Positions 1 through 10,845 of a stretch of DNA of 49,950 bases are shown one piece after another. Location: IMG/VR virus record IMGVR_UViG_3300027986_000003, positions 1 to 49,950 of that record; one strand, written 5' to 3'. How positions within the stretch are numbered: the stretch's first letter is position 1; every line of letters starts with the position of its first letter. The translations under genes and the position numbers were made by a program. The notes below the pieces were generated by a model that made no database searches, was not told the origin of the DNA, and saw only the letters and a list, made by a program, of their open reading frames with translations. The stretch comes from a virus. Lineage: Duplodnaviria > Caudoviricetes.

Positions 1-73
1 ATGGACAAGGGTTGATGAAAGTTCAAGTGCCTTATATTTATACGTATTCACGTACAAATCAAGGCTATCAGGC
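1..73 (+). repeat. Terminal direct repeat (assembly circularisation overlap), left copy
   Basis: Bases 1-73 are identical to 49878-49950, and a reading frame continues across the join. Confidence 0.97.
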
Positions 74-299
74 ATTCTATCTCCAATCTATATATGATTA
101 CGCAGCAGACTTTGATAGCAACCGTTGGACTCAGAGACAGTTTGTAGAACTAAATGATGCCAATGCCACGATGGTTCAACGAAGACATAAGTTACGTGGA
201 CAAGGATACGCAATTCAAATAATGATAACGTCAGTAGCTGGCCAACCGTTTGACCTGATGGGTTGGGCATTGTACGAAACTAGAAATACAGGTGTGTAG
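1..299 (+). CDS. 3' end of the tail tubular/stabilisation protein gene that starts at 47738
   Basis: ORF 12..299 is in frame with the open frame from 47738 through the 73-bp overlap; stop TAG at 297-299. Confidence 0.85.
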   Translation, partial: GQGLMKVQVPYIYTYSRTNQGYQAFYLQSIYDYAADFDSNRWTQRQFVELNDANATMVQRRHKLRGQGYAIQIMITSVAGQPFDLMGWALYETRNTGV

Positions 300-898
300 T
301 GAGCATAGGTGATGCAGTAGGCGATGCAGCCGGTATTGGGATTAACGCCGCTTCAGGTAATTATCTTGGCGCTGCTATCGGTTTAGTTGGTCTAGGCGCT
401 AGTATTTTTGGTGGTATAGGTCAAGCTAATGCTGCTAAAGAAACTGCAGGTTTAGAGAAACAGAAATATCAGGTTTCTGAAAATACAGCTCAGTTAGAAA
501 TGCAGCAGAATGCTGTACGTCGTCAAGCCATGGAAATGTCTGCACGACGTAGTCAGCTGGAAACGCTTCGTACAGCTCAGAGAGCTAGAGCTTTTGCTAT
601 CCAAGCAGGAGCAACCCAGACAGGCTCGTTGACTGGTTCTGGTATACAAGGTGGCATAGCAGAGACTGAAAACCAAGGGTTGTTTGGGCTACAGGGTATT
701 AACCAAAGTCTACAGTCTGGTCGACAAATGTTTGGTCTCGATGCTTCTATTGATGCTAACAAGATTAGGATGGCTCAGATTGGTGCTCAAGAAGCTGATG
801 TCCAAGGCAATTCCGCTACATCAGCTGGTATAGCCTCTATCGGAGGTTCTTTAATAAAAGCTGGTCCTACAATCGGTGGTTTCTTTAAGACAAGTTAA
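299..898 (+). CDS. Putative internal virion (ejection) protein, T7 gp14-like position
   Basis: 199 aa, Gly/Ala/Gln-rich, hydrophobic N-terminal stretch, directly after the tail tube genes. Confidence 0.6.
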   Translation: MSIGDAVGDAAGIGINAASGNYLGAAIGLVGLGASIFGGIGQANAAKETAGLEKQKYQVSENTAQLEMQQNAVRRQAMEMSARRSQLETLRTAQRARAFAIQAGATQTGSLTGSGIQGGIAETENQGLFGLQGINQSLQSGRQMFGLDASIDANKIRMAQIGAQEADVQGNSATSAGIASIGGSLIKAGPTIGGFFKTS

Positions 899-3800
899 TG
901 GATAATTTAATCTCTCTTGATAATGCTGTTCCTCAGGATCAGCCGATATCTCTTGGTGAGGCATCGGTTGGAACACTCGATAGTGGTTCTGCCAAGTCTC
1001 GTGCTGCTAAAGCTGAGTTTGGATTAGGACCTGTTGTCGGTCAAGACTTCGATACTATTCATCAACAAATCAATGACGGACAAGAGAATACTTTCCGGCA
1101 AGGCGCTGCTGCGGCTATTGACAACAAAAACCAACAACATCGTCAACAGGCGTTAGTACAGGCAGCGGCTACCAAACCATTATCTCTAAAAGAAATCCAT
1201 GACTTAACTAGTGGAGTTCCTCCTACTAATCCTGATACAGTCATCGAAAAAGCTTATGCAGACGCATACGTAAAGCAGCTGAAAGAAGCTGCACAACGTA
1301 TTGATGACAACGTCCTTACTACAGCAGATACCGAAGACCCTGAAAAGGTTGAGAAGTTCTTTCGTGCTGGTAGCGACGTCTTATCTACTCGTGAGTATTT
1401 TCTTTCTCAGGCTCAGAACATTCAAGCTGACGTCGATAATGACGTCTGGGGTAATATCCCATTCTTTAAGACACCTTGGACTCCCGAAGGTAAAATACCT
1501 TTCGGTAGTAAGACCTCCCCATTCTCGGGTGTCATGGATATGCTCGGCAACTTTAACATCATTGCCGGTCTATATTCAGGTGTTCGTAATGAATACCTTA
1601 TGCGTGGTAATACGAAAGAAACTAATAGATTAGCGGGGATATTTCAAGGTAGTAATCTCTTAGCTCAATCTCAAGAGCTTATGAGTCTTCCGACGTTTGA
1701 AGAACGAAAAGAGATGTTTGATAAAGGCTTTGAACGTCTTAAACAACAAAGCCCAGCACTTGCCCAGCAATGGGCTGTTATGATGGCAGGGTTGTCGACT
1801 AACGACCTTATTGTCAGAAACGTCATGACTCCGATCAACCTTGTTGGAGCAGGAGCAGCCACTAGGAGCATCAAGGATATCTTAGGTGGTATAGGCAGGA
1901 ATCAAGTCAAGAATGTCGGTGGAGGCCCTCCTCCGCCTTCCTCAGGCAATCTCTCGGCAGGTCCTGATGGTGTCTACCGTCCGAGTGCTCCAGCTAGTAC
2001 CCCTAATACTGAAGCAGTGATGAAGGCTGTAGAAGATGTCCTTCGGACGTCTCCAGCTTCACCGACTAAAGCGAATGTTGCAGAAGCCGTTGGTGACGCC
2101 AGAGAAGCTGCTACTCAAAAAGCTATTGTATCTTTTACAAAACCTGATCCTCAACGGGATGCTGTCGATACGTTACTCGACATGCACCGAACTAATCAAG
2201 AAGATATCAAACGGTTTCCGGGCAATAACTCCCGTGAAGCCCATACACGTATAATTGATGCTGGTGAGTCATTTGATAAGAACATCGTAGATGTCCTTAA
2301 GAATGATAATCAAATCATACGCCTACCTGCGCTTGCAGAAGAAGGGTTTAGGTCTGTCGCTACTCGGGCTAATAGGTTCTTTAATGGCAGAGAAAACACT
2401 ATCGTTAACGTCGATATGCATCATGATGTCACGACGAATACTGAATGGCATGTCTATACGTTAGGTAATTACGACGGCAGTCCTTTCTGGAGTCTTAAGG
2501 CTGCAGAGAACCATGCAGTAAACCAAGGTTATGGTAAGCCTAAACTTATTGGTATTGATCCGGAGGTAGTCTATCTTCCGAAGGTTGCTGTCTTAGAGAA
2601 TAAATACACTGACAACTTCATAACTGAGAAGGGAAGTGTATATGAACTCCATGATGATGGGACTACAACTAGAAACAAAGGTCATGGCCCTGATACAGGA
2701 TACAAACCCCGTAGTTTAAAAACAGGGTACTTAACTCCTGAAGAACTTGCTACGATTGAGAAGACTCCGAAGGATAAGTACGCAGTCGATGCGTCCGGAG
2801 ATAAGATAAGGATATTTACGGATAAGGACAATTTTGCCTTTATCCAAGCACGACACGATGAACCCAAGGTTGGTTTACATCCTGTTGAAATTCTTCCTAA
2901 CAATAAAATTCATTACGGAAATAAGATCACACATGTTCTTCCTTCCCATATGGATGTACAACCCCGTAGTAATTTTGTCCACGAGAAGGGACCTAACGGT
3001 TGGGGATTTTATTTAGACGATCCTCATGGCACTCGTGCTGAAGTCCTTCCTTCAGTAGAACCCGGTCCTACTGATATACCGTTTAATCTCAAAACAGGTA
3101 AGTTCGGACAGCCTCTGGCTATCGGGCCTCATATCGTACAGAAAGGAATAGGGTATCACATCAAGTGGATGATCCCACTTAATGAACAAGACAACTGGCT
3201 AAGAGAGAATCACCTCATCAAGAGTGATCGCCAGATGTCATCTTCAAGTCCGACATCAACCAAACGTAGTTTCTTCAACGACAGCTTCCTCGGCTATCTC
3301 CGTCTGCCGCAGGATACTCTCTCCGCTGCTGAGAATGAGAATAGATTTAAACTAGTTTACGGTGAGAACAGATATCTCAAACTGATTAAGAATGAGATGC
3401 AGCATGTCGAAAATCTTTATAACGGAGTTATTAAACAAGGTAAGACATCTTATCTAGACGCTGCTGGCGGAGTTCTTACAGGTAGGAATTCTCAACTCTG
3501 GAATGACTTTAAACGTGCTCTAACTATCTCGCAGAAGTTACCTGATCCTGATACAGGTCTGCCGGGTTATTATATGAGAACTCCTGCAGAGATACATCAC
3601 TTCTGGAACGTGGTCTTTAATAGATCGCCTTCAGAAGCTGAACAACAAGCTTATCTCGCCGTAGGCAGAATGGATTATGCTGACTGGGTGTTTAGGAATA
3701 TCTCGGTATTCAAGAACAAAGCCAGACTCGGTGTGATGGAGCATGTCCATAAAACATTCCCAGAAGGCAGTAACTCTGGAGAAGCAATCCGTAGTGCACC

Positions 3801-6663
3801 ATTTGAAGGTAGGTTTATCTCGAAGATACCTGAAGGTAACGTCCCTGTCGTCATTATGGAAAAAGACGGCGGTGTCCGATATTATAACTCTATGGGTGTC
3901 AAGGCTAAACAAGCCTTTAAAGATGAAATGCAACAGAAAGGATATAGAGCTATTCAGCTTTATAATCCCGATAACTTCGATATTAAAATCTTCGATAAGA
4001 ATAGAAATCCCGTTAGAGTTGTCTATGTCATTTCCAATTCCCTAGAGAGTTCACCGATATCCTATAAACAAGTAGGCTATCGAGGCGGTGGTCACTGGGA
4101 TTATAATTACAATTATTACGTCAAACAACCTATGATTAGGAAGTTTGAAGTAGGCGGTAAAACTCATTGGGTTTATAGTGGTGACTCGACATTCGTTCCT
4201 ATTAAGAACCACGCAGACGGTCAAGCTTTTACTGGCAAATTAAATCAGATCATATCTTTACTTCGTGATAAGAAAGTCAAAGACGCTAAGGCTCTCCATC
4301 AGTCATATTCTGACATGGAATGGAAAGACTTCGTCAAGAACTTCTATCCACGTAAGAATGAACGTGGTGAGTTAGTCCCTTCTCGATTTAATCTCGATGA
4401 AGACTTCCGTGTCATTCCTAAAGGCTTTACTATCGGCGAGTACGACAAAAACCTCATCAAGAAATATGAGGCGATGCCAGGTAAGTTTGTTAACTCTGCC
4501 CGCGGTGAGCAATCACTAGCTCGTAACTTCCAAGTCGAATACACAGGCGCTAGGGATAGTCACGATCTATTCGAACCTATTAACACCGGTACAATCAACA
4601 ACCCGATGTACAAATTTCAGCCAGCTGAGCTGACTGATCCTGTTACGGTTCTACTCCGGTCTTTGAGACGCATTACGCAGTCTCAGATGGGAGATGATTA
4701 TAAATACTCTGCAGTCGAACACTGGTTGCAAGAGAACATGAATATGTTAACAGGACGCCCTGAGGAAATCAGAGGCGCTCCGTTTGCTACATTCATGAAT
4801 GGAGAACTCAACCGTAGATTTAGAATGTCTATGGCTGGTCAAGCAGCTGAGAGCAACCGCTATAAGATTAAAAAGCTTATCGGTATGCCTACTGCCATTG
4901 ATAGTGAAATCCATCGTTGGAAACAAGCACTAGCTGATGAGATATTTAATACCGACAGTAAGATCAAGAAATCTGTATTAATTCCTGCTGAATGGACGTT
5001 AGGAAATATCCACAGTCCTACTGCCTTCATCCGTGGTATGGCTTTCCATCAAACCATGGGTTTCTGGAATTGGGCTCAGATAGCTGCTCAGAATATGGGC
5101 TGGGTATTAATTGCCGGAATGTCTCCAGACCATACCATGGCAGGACTATTCGGTGCATGGATGCATCATTGGTCGTTAGTCAATAACAAACCTGCGATAC
5201 TAAAAGGGCTTGGTAAACTCACAGAGAAGTTAATACAGCCGTGGAAACCCGGTGAGTGGGAAGAAGCTCGAAATATACTCAACAATACTAACTTCGCTGA
5301 CATTGCAAATACTCTCGCTATCAACGACACTCAGAAGCAGTTTTTGACTTCACTGGCAACTAAAGGTGTTCGGCAAGGAACTACATTCTTTAACTGGGCC
5401 GAAAGTAATGTCCGTATCGGTGCATTCTATACAGCATTCCACGAATTCAAACGAGCATTTCCGAATAAAAAGATAGACCAGACTGATATCGCTAAGATTA
5501 GCGCCAGAGCTAACGATATGTATGCTAATATGGGAAGAGATAGTAAAACTCTTCTTAACACTGGCATCGGAAGTGTAACTCTCCAATTCTTTAAATACAT
5601 CGAGAACGTCGGTCAAATCTTCTTCTCTAAACGTATCGGAGATGTCTTCGGTCAAGAGAATACATGGGCAACACGAGCCCGTCAACGTGCTCAAGTCTAC
5701 GCCATGTATGCTTTGATGTTTGGGCCGCTAGGTGCTACCGGTCTTTCTCTCCTACCAATTAATGACATCGTACGTAAACAAGCTTTATCTGGTGATTATC
5801 ACATCGGTCCTATCCGTATCTACCAAGCCGATCCATATGTCCCCGGACGTAGTCTGATGCCATCCCTGATGATGGAAGGTCCTGCGTCAGTAGCTGGGGC
5901 GTATCTATCTGGCTGGTTTAGAACCGGTAAATGGGATATGTCTAAGGGCACATTCTATAACTTCAACGACCGGTATGGAGCTAACGGCTATCAACTTCTG
6001 AGAGATTTGTTTGATAATTCAAATACCTTCTGGGGTATAGTTCTCGGTGCCTCAGGCTCTGTTATGTATAATAACCTCAAGAGTGCGACACCGTTTGTCT
6101 ACGCATGGACTTCTGCCTATAACGACGAACAAGACAACCCATTTAAGTTAACCTTCAATGATTGGAAGCAAGGACTTGATAATATCAACAGTTTTAGAGC
6201 TGGGGATAAACTAGCATATGCTCTTGCCTTCGGTAAGTGGCTAGATCGTCATGGCCGTAATCAGCAAGACATTGGGGCAATAGACGCCATCTTTAGGACG
6301 CTGCTGGGCACCAATGATCAAAAAATAGACGATCTCTATCTTCTCCATAAGATACAACAAGAACGCACTGAGAGTTACAAACAGGCTGGTTTTGACTATA
6401 TGGAGAACATGCGTCTTCAAGCAGAGGCTATTAAAAACAACGACATCGAACAGGCGAAGGACTACGGCAGGCGTGCTAACTTTGTTCTTCAAAGTAGAAA
6501 TGTTCCGCCTGATGAGGCTGCGAAGATATTTGCACAAACTCGGTCGCTGTTACAAAATCAACAAGATTTAACTTACGACAACTTCTACCACAAACTAGTT
6601 CCATCTGGGCAGGAAACTCAACACGGTGAAGCCTATAAAGCATTGAAAGATCAACAACGATGA
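898..6663 (+). CDS. Very large putative internal virion/ejectosome protein
   Basis: 1921-aa ORF translationally coupled in the structural arm; size and position typical of podovirus core proteins. Confidence 0.65.
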   Translation: MDNLISLDNAVPQDQPISLGEASVGTLDSGSAKSRAAKAEFGLGPVVGQDFDTIHQQINDGQENTFRQGAAAAIDNKNQQHRQQALVQAAATKPLSLKEIHDLTSGVPPTNPDTVIEKAYADAYVKQLKEAAQRIDDNVLTTADTEDPEKVEKFFRAGSDVLSTREYFLSQAQNIQADVDNDVWGNIPFFKTPWTPEGKIPFGSKTSPFSGVMDMLGNFNIIAGLYSGVRNEYLMRGNTKETNRLAGIFQGSNLLAQSQELMSLPTFEERKEMFDKGFERLKQQSPALAQQWAVMMAGLSTNDLIVRNVMTPINLVGAGAATRSIKDILGGIGRNQVKNVGGGPPPPSSGNLSAGPDGVYRPSAPASTPNTEAVMKAVEDVLRTSPASPTKANVAEAVGDAREAATQKAIVSFTKPDPQRDAVDTLLDMHRTNQEDIKRFPGNNSREAHTRIIDAGESFDKNIVDVLKNDNQIIRLPALAEEGFRSVATRANRFFNGRENTIVNVDMHHDVTTNTEWHVYTLGNYDGSPFWSLKAAENHAVNQGYGKPKLIGIDPEVVYLPKVAVLENKYTDNFITEKGSVYELHDDGTTTRNKGHGPDTGYKPRSLKTGYLTPEELATIEKTPKDKYAVDASGDKIRIFTDKDNFAFIQARHDEPKVGLHPVEILPNNKIHYGNKITHVLPSHMDVQPRSNFVHEKGPNGWGFYLDDPHGTRAEVLPSVEPGPTDIPFNLKTGKFGQPLAIGPHIVQKGIGYHIKWMIPLNEQDNWLRENHLIKSDRQMSSSSPTSTKRSFFNDSFLGYLRLPQDTLSAAENENRFKLVYGENRYLKLIKNEMQHVENLYNGVIKQGKTSYLDAAGGVLTGRNSQLWNDFKRALTISQKLPDPDTGLPGYYMRTPAEIHHFWNVVFNRSPSEAEQQAYLAVGRMDYADWVFRNISVFKNKARLGVMEHVHKTFPEGSNSGEAIRSAPFEGRFISKIPEGNVPVVIMEKDGGVRYYNSMGVKAKQAFKDEMQQKGYRAIQLYNPDNFDIKIFDKNRNPVRVVYVISNSLESSPISYKQVGYRGGGHWDYNYNYYVKQPMIRKFEVGGKTHWVYSGDSTFVPIKNHADGQAFTGKLNQIISLLRDKKVKDAKALHQSYSDMEWKDFVKNFYPRKNERGELVPSRFNLDEDFRVIPKGFTIGEYDKNLIKKYEAMPGKFVNSARGEQSLARNFQVEYTGARDSHDLFEPINTGTINNPMYKFQPAELTDPVTVLLRSLRRITQSQMGDDYKYSAVEHWLQENMNMLTGRPEEIRGAPFATFMNGELNRRFRMSMAGQAAESNRYKIKKLIGMPTAIDSEIHRWKQALADEIFNTDSKIKKSVLIPAEWTLGNIHSPTAFIRGMAFHQTMGFWNWAQIAAQNMGWVLIAGMSPDHTMAGLFGAWMHHWSLVNNKPAILKGLGKLTEKLIQPWKPGEWEEARNILNNTNFADIANTLAINDTQKQFLTSLATKGVRQGTTFFNWAESNVRIGAFYTAFHEFKRAFPNKKIDQTDIAKISARANDMYANMGRDSKTLLNTGIGSVTLQFFKYIENVGQIFFSKRIGDVFGQENTWATRARQRAQVYAMYALMFGPLGATGLSLLPINDIVRKQALSGDYHIGPIRIYQADPYVPGRSLMPSLMMEGPASVAGAYLSGWFRTGKWDMSKGTFYNFNDRYGANGYQLLRDLFDNSNTFWGIVLGASGSVMYNNLKSATPFVYAWTSAYNDEQDNPFKLTFNDWKQGLDNINSFRAGDKLAYALAFGKWLDRHGRNQQDIGAIDAIFRTLLGTNDQKIDDLYLLHKIQQERTESYKQAGFDYMENMRLQAEAIKNNDIEQAKDYGRRANFVLQSRNVPPDEAAKIFAQTRSLLQNQQDLTYDNFYHKLVPSGQETQHGEAYKALKDQQR

Positions 6664-8858
6664 CGGATTTTAACCCACAGTTTCAAACCCAGACTCCGTA
6701 CTATCTCCATATGTCGAAGTCTATCCAACAGCCTTACTCTCCTTCTGAAGGGGATAAAAGTACTGGAATACTTCTTAAGACAGCCGGGGAAGGATTAGAA
6801 GAAGGCACTAAACTTGTTGATACCGGAATTAAAGACTCTATCAAAAATGAAGAAGAAGATTTCATCAGAAGTCGTCGGGATGAATTCATAGGTCAGCTTG
6901 ATACTCTTCTTAATAACAAAGCAGGCAATCCTCCTTTAAATGCTAGAGCAGAGGCTGCAGATCAAGATTTGATGCCTGATAAGGGAGCTGATGCTCCTGC
7001 ATCAGTTAGTCGTGGCTTAAGTGCTATTGAGCGAATTCAAAATGCTAAAGACCAAGGTGGTAAGTTTAGAACAACTTCTCTTGATGCTGAAGTTAATAAC
7101 ACTCTAAAAGACCTTCGTGCGAAGTGGCCCGGTTATAGAGATTACATCGACCAAGAAGCCAGTCGCATTCTCGGATACAATCCCGCTAATAAACTCGTCA
7201 GTGACAAACTCGCTCAGTTGAATGAACTTACTACTAACAAACAAAAAGAACAAGAGTACTGGGAGAGACAAGTAGTATCCTCAGGATTTTCTGGTAGTCA
7301 AAGAGTACTTCAACAGTTTAGAGCAACAGGTGACATCTCTGCTGTAGAAAACTGGCTTGCTAAAAATAACGAAGAAAGAGAACGTATAACTCAAGCTACT
7401 GCTAGATTTAATCTAGCTGATAAGTCTAGGTCGTATCATCAAAACGTAGCTGAGGATGCTGCTTATAAAGCTGCTGATCATGCTACCACTGAGTATTTTA
7501 CTAATAAACGTATTATAGACGTTCAGGGCAGAACACTAGGAGTAGACCCCGGTACGTCAGCTTCTGAGTTATCAGATAGACTGTTTAAGATGTCTCAGAA
7601 TCCTACACCTGAAAGTAAGGAAGAAGCACGTGTAATAGGTACTCAACTCGAAGGACTTAGGCAACGCAACGCTATGCTCCTTGAGAATTATTACAAAACT
7701 ACTAAAGATAAAGACGGTCGAAGTCTTTGGGAAGTTCTTGGTCCTAAACGAGCTAATGAAATCATTGATGAAACTAATAATCGTTTCTTCAGAACTCAAC
7801 AAAAACTCTTAACTGATGATAATCTCGGATTAGTCCATGCTACTCAAAATGCTGTCGGCGATATAAAAAATAATGACGCTCTGAATGTTTTAAAAGATAA
7901 TTCAACAAGTGCTGTTGCTAGGGCAGCTACAGCTTTAAACACTCTTGCTCCCAATCTTAGTCCTGATCTTACTAAACAAGTCTGGGGTGATATGCCGGAT
8001 TATAGTAAGAAGCTTCTTAATTTAATGACTCGGCAGAAATGGAATGCTATAACGCAGCAAGGTGGAGACACTACTGATGGTTATACTTTTAAACAATTCC
8101 AAGTCGAACAAGATAAAGCTGCTGATATAGCACACGCTACAGAACAAGAACGTGCTGAAGCTGCTAAGAAATTTATTGAATTCCGTCGTGCATTTAATGA
8201 AAAAGACCCTCGTGTCGTAGACGCAGCTATTAATACATTCTTTGCTCCATCCAACACAGGTACTCTCGATAAGTACATGGATGATTATTATGATAATACA
8301 ACTGGTAAGATCAAGACTGGGCGTACTGAAGCATATAGAAGTTTAACTGCACCGGATGTTACTAAAGCTGTTTGGAAACGTGCCCATGAAGGCAACGGTC
8401 CGGCTTGGGATAACTATAAGACATGGGCTGATAACACTGCTGCCAAAAGTCTTATGACAATGGCTAAGACATGGAATGTCAACGAAGAGGCGTACAAGAA
8501 CAATCAAGTTCTTCATACCCTTGAAGGTGATATGCCTACTCACACAGACCATCATTTCTACTGGGACAGTGATAAACATCAGATCGGAGTTACAGACCAT
8601 AAAGGTAATATCCTCGATTTGAATTCTCTGGCGCGTGTAAGTCCAGATATGTTTGCTGTCCGTAACGCTAATATTATGTTAGGTAATCTTGCTCATGTTT
8701 ATGAACAAGAAGGCACTGATGTTAACGCCGCATTGTTTAGAACTATGCAAAGAGCAGGCTGGTCTCCAGAGTCTGTTGATGTAAAAGGCTCTCCAATTCC
8801 ACAGCGTATTATTAAATCAGTTATAATTTCATCTCAAAAGCCTGAGAAGAAAGAATGA
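6660..8858 (+). CDS. Putative internal virion protein
   Basis: 732 aa, helical/charged composition, ATGA-coupled to the previous gene. Confidence 0.55.
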   Translation: MTDFNPQFQTQTPYYLHMSKSIQQPYSPSEGDKSTGILLKTAGEGLEEGTKLVDTGIKDSIKNEEEDFIRSRRDEFIGQLDTLLNNKAGNPPLNARAEAADQDLMPDKGADAPASVSRGLSAIERIQNAKDQGGKFRTTSLDAEVNNTLKDLRAKWPGYRDYIDQEASRILGYNPANKLVSDKLAQLNELTTNKQKEQEYWERQVVSSGFSGSQRVLQQFRATGDISAVENWLAKNNEERERITQATARFNLADKSRSYHQNVAEDAAYKAADHATTEYFTNKRIIDVQGRTLGVDPGTSASELSDRLFKMSQNPTPESKEEARVIGTQLEGLRQRNAMLLENYYKTTKDKDGRSLWEVLGPKRANEIIDETNNRFFRTQQKLLTDDNLGLVHATQNAVGDIKNNDALNVLKDNSTSAVARAATALNTLAPNLSPDLTKQVWGDMPDYSKKLLNLMTRQKWNAITQQGGDTTDGYTFKQFQVEQDKAADIAHATEQERAEAAKKFIEFRRAFNEKDPRVVDAAINTFFAPSNTGTLDKYMDDYYDNTTGKIKTGRTEAYRSLTAPDVTKAVWKRAHEGNGPAWDNYKTWADNTAAKSLMTMAKTWNVNEEAYKNNQVLHTLEGDMPTHTDHHFYWDSDKHQIGVTDHKGNILDLNSLARVSPDMFAVRNANIMLGNLAHVYEQEGTDVNAALFRTMQRAGWSPESVDVKGSPIPQRIIKSVIISSQKPEKKE

Positions 8859-9097
8859 CGCATAATTATGCGAAAGAAAATAAATGGGAAGACTCTCCAC
8901 GTCAAGTTAAGCGGAGGGAAGCTCGTAATAAGGCACGCTCTAGAGCTGCTAAAAAAGGTCTCGTCCGTAAGGGGGATAAGAAAGAACTAGATCATGTCGG
9001 TTACCATCCCACTGGGACATTACGTGGCGTTAGAGCTGTTGTTGTCAGTCGCCATCGTAATCGCGTTCGTCAGCCTCCTCATAAAGGATACAAATAG
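8855..9097 (+). CDS. Small basic HNH-like protein
   Basis: 80 aa, K/R-rich; KGDKKELDH...VSRHRNR resembles the small phage HNH-like family. Confidence 0.55.
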   Translation: MTHNYAKENKWEDSPRQVKRREARNKARSRAAKKGLVRKGDKKELDHVGYHPTGTLRGVRAVVVSRHRNRVRQPPHKGYK

Positions 9098-9543
9098 TGG
9101 CGATTGGTACTAGTCTAGGCCAGTGGTTTCCTGACGCACTCAGTCATGCTACCCAGAAGTATTCTGGTAATGACAATAACGTCATCGACCCTGACATCGA
9201 CCCCGGCTCAGTTAGAGATAAGTCTAAGGATACTATTACCCAACCTATTAAGGTTAGTGATATCGAAGACCGTCGTGATGAAACGATGACTGATCAAGCC
9301 AAAGCTTTAGCACATGGATTGTGGCAGTATGGACATGACACAATTCACCCTGACCCTCTTGAACCTGTTCCACTTAATCCTTCTGGTCTTGCTAAAGATT
9401 TAGGCTTTGATAACATTGATATCAATAAACCTTATACTACAACAAGGGCTTCAGGACCATTAGCTGATGACATTCTTACTGATATTAAACAAGCAGGTGG
9501 TATAATTAAAGGCATGTATGAGGGTTTAACCAATCCAAAATAA
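9097..9543 (+). CDS. Hypothetical protein, last gene of the plus arm
   Basis: 148-aa ORF coupled to the previous stop and ending before the terminator. Confidence 0.6.
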   Translation: MAIGTSLGQWFPDALSHATQKYSGNDNNVIDPDIDPGSVRDKSKDTITQPIKVSDIEDRRDETMTDQAKALAHGLWQYGHDTIHPDPLEPVPLNPSGLAKDLGFDNIDINKPYTTTRASGPLADDILTDIKQAGGIIKGMYEGLTNPK

Positions 9544-9600
9544 GACCTGTCATGAGGTAATTAGATACCGTTAATCGTAACGTCCAGGTTCAATAAGCAC

Positions 9601-9643
9601 AAAAAAAAGGCCCTAAGGTTTTAACCCTAGGGCCTTTAAGTTT
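9601..9643. terminator. Probable bidirectional intrinsic terminator between the converging arms
   Basis: A8 followed by GGCCCTA..TAGGGCC hairpin and TTTAAGTTT, located where the plus and minus arms meet. Confidence 0.85.
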
Positions 9644-9706
9644 GCGTAGTGGGACGGGAGGTCTGATTCCACTACGATCCGACGGGCATCACACCATCAG
9701 ATTGAG

Positions 9707-10303
9707 TTAGTGCTTGCTCTTCTTAGTGGGAGCAGCTTCGTAAGTCCAAGCCTCGAACTCTCGCAGAGCCTCCAGACCATGCTCAGGATACTGTGTGTTA
9801 ATAATATCCTTAGCCTTCGTGTAAGCCTTCTGAAGAGCTTCCTCGGCTACCTCAAATCCAGCGAAGTCGTTGGTAAAACCACGACCAGTCCAGACGATGC
9901 CGTAGAAAGGCTCGTGTCGCCATTCGTCGTTAGTATCCACGATCTTCGTCAGCTTCTCGTCAAGCGTGTACTTGCCGTTCTTGACCCAGTCGATCAATTC
10001 CTTATACGTATGTGGACCGGTATGGTCGTGGATATGGAATTGCTTTTGGAGGGCAATACGGTGATTGGTCCTGACATCGCTGAGACGACGGTTGAGGTAG
10101 TCACGCTCTGGGTATGTATTATTCATGGGGGTTGTCCCTTCTTGTTCTTTTGTTTGAGCAGGTGAAAATTGCTCTAATTTAAAATTCACTGGAAATGGAA
10201 AATTATTCATTACAGAAACATTACAAGGACATTCATCAGTACCGTTAAAATGTAGCATCCCTTTTGGACCTGCTGCAAAATTTATTAAATCGTTCATACT
10301 CAT
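9707..10303 (-). CDS. Hypothetical protein (likely internal start at 10126, MNNTYPERD)
   Basis: 198-aa ORF; GAAGGGA RBS-like sequence precedes the ATG at 10126, and composition shifts there. Confidence 0.65.
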   Translation of the reverse strand: MSMNDLINFAAGPKGMLHFNGTDECPCNVSVMNNFPFPVNFKLEQFSPAQTKEQEGTTPMNNTYPERDYLNRRLSDVRTNHRIALQKQFHIHDHTGPHTYKELIDWVKNGKYTLDEKLTKIVDTNDEWRHEPFYGIVWTGRGFTNDFAGFEVAEEALQKAYTKAKDIINTQYPEHGLEALREFEAWTYEAAPTKKSKH

Positions 10304-10323
10304 TAGTTATTAATTCCTAAATA

Positions 10324-10381
10324 AAGGGCAGAGAGGGGAAAGCACGAACGCTTCACATTGGTTCACACTACCTCTGCCCTT
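10324..10381 (-). other. Intergenic long-loop hairpin (terminator or processing site)
   Basis: AAGGGCAGAG (10324-10333) and CTCTGCCCTT (10372-10381) form a perfect 10-bp inverted repeat. Confidence 0.5.
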
Positions 10382-10410
10382 ATCCTTAACCAGCTTCGCC
10401 GAGAGGATAC

Positions 10411-10539
10411 TTAGCTATTGCTGGCTTCGACGGGAGCTTCTTGCTTCGGGGTTTCCTCTGGTGCGGTTTCACCTTTACCTTCGAGTTCGTCTTCGAGCTT
10501 GTGAATAAGCTCAGAAATTTCTTGAGTAACTTCATTCAT
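10411..10539 (-). CDS. Small acidic protein (MNEVTQEISE...)
   Basis: AAGGA RBS before the ATG at 10539; Glu-rich, 42 aa. Confidence 0.6.
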   Translation of the reverse strand: MNEVTQEISELIHKLEDELEGKGETAPEETPKQEAPVEASNS

Positions 10540-10549
10540 TCTTATTTCC

Positions 10550-10750
10550 TTAGTTATGATATATTGTTTGAACATCAGGCTCGATATTGAGCCTAAGAGT
10601 ACGTACTCCATTGCTATCAGGAGCACTGATGGAGACGTCAATGACGTCTTCGGAGGACTTAATCACTGACATCGTTTGGAGATGGACTGCGATTAAGTCC
10701 TGAAGAGTTCTGTCGTGCAACAGAAACTCGATCCTTTTTACGCGCTGCAT
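10550..10750 (-). CDS. Hypothetical protein (MQRVKRIEF...)
   Basis: GAAGGAG RBS upstream of the ATG at 10750. Confidence 0.55.
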   Translation of the reverse strand: MQRVKRIEFLLHDRTLQDLIAVHLQTMSVIKSSEDVIDVSISAPDSNGVRTLRLNIEPDVQTIYHN

Positions 10751-10845
10751 CTTGCATCTCCTTCTCTTGGAGGAGCTTGAATACGGGAGAGGCGTTCTTG
10801 TGGGACTTCTCCTTCTTAGCCTTGAGAGCAATCCGCTCCCCACGG

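Noticed and set aside
898-6663. Virion RNA polymerase as in N4-like phages
   Set aside because: Much shorter than N4 vRNAP, and no polymerase motifs were recognised.
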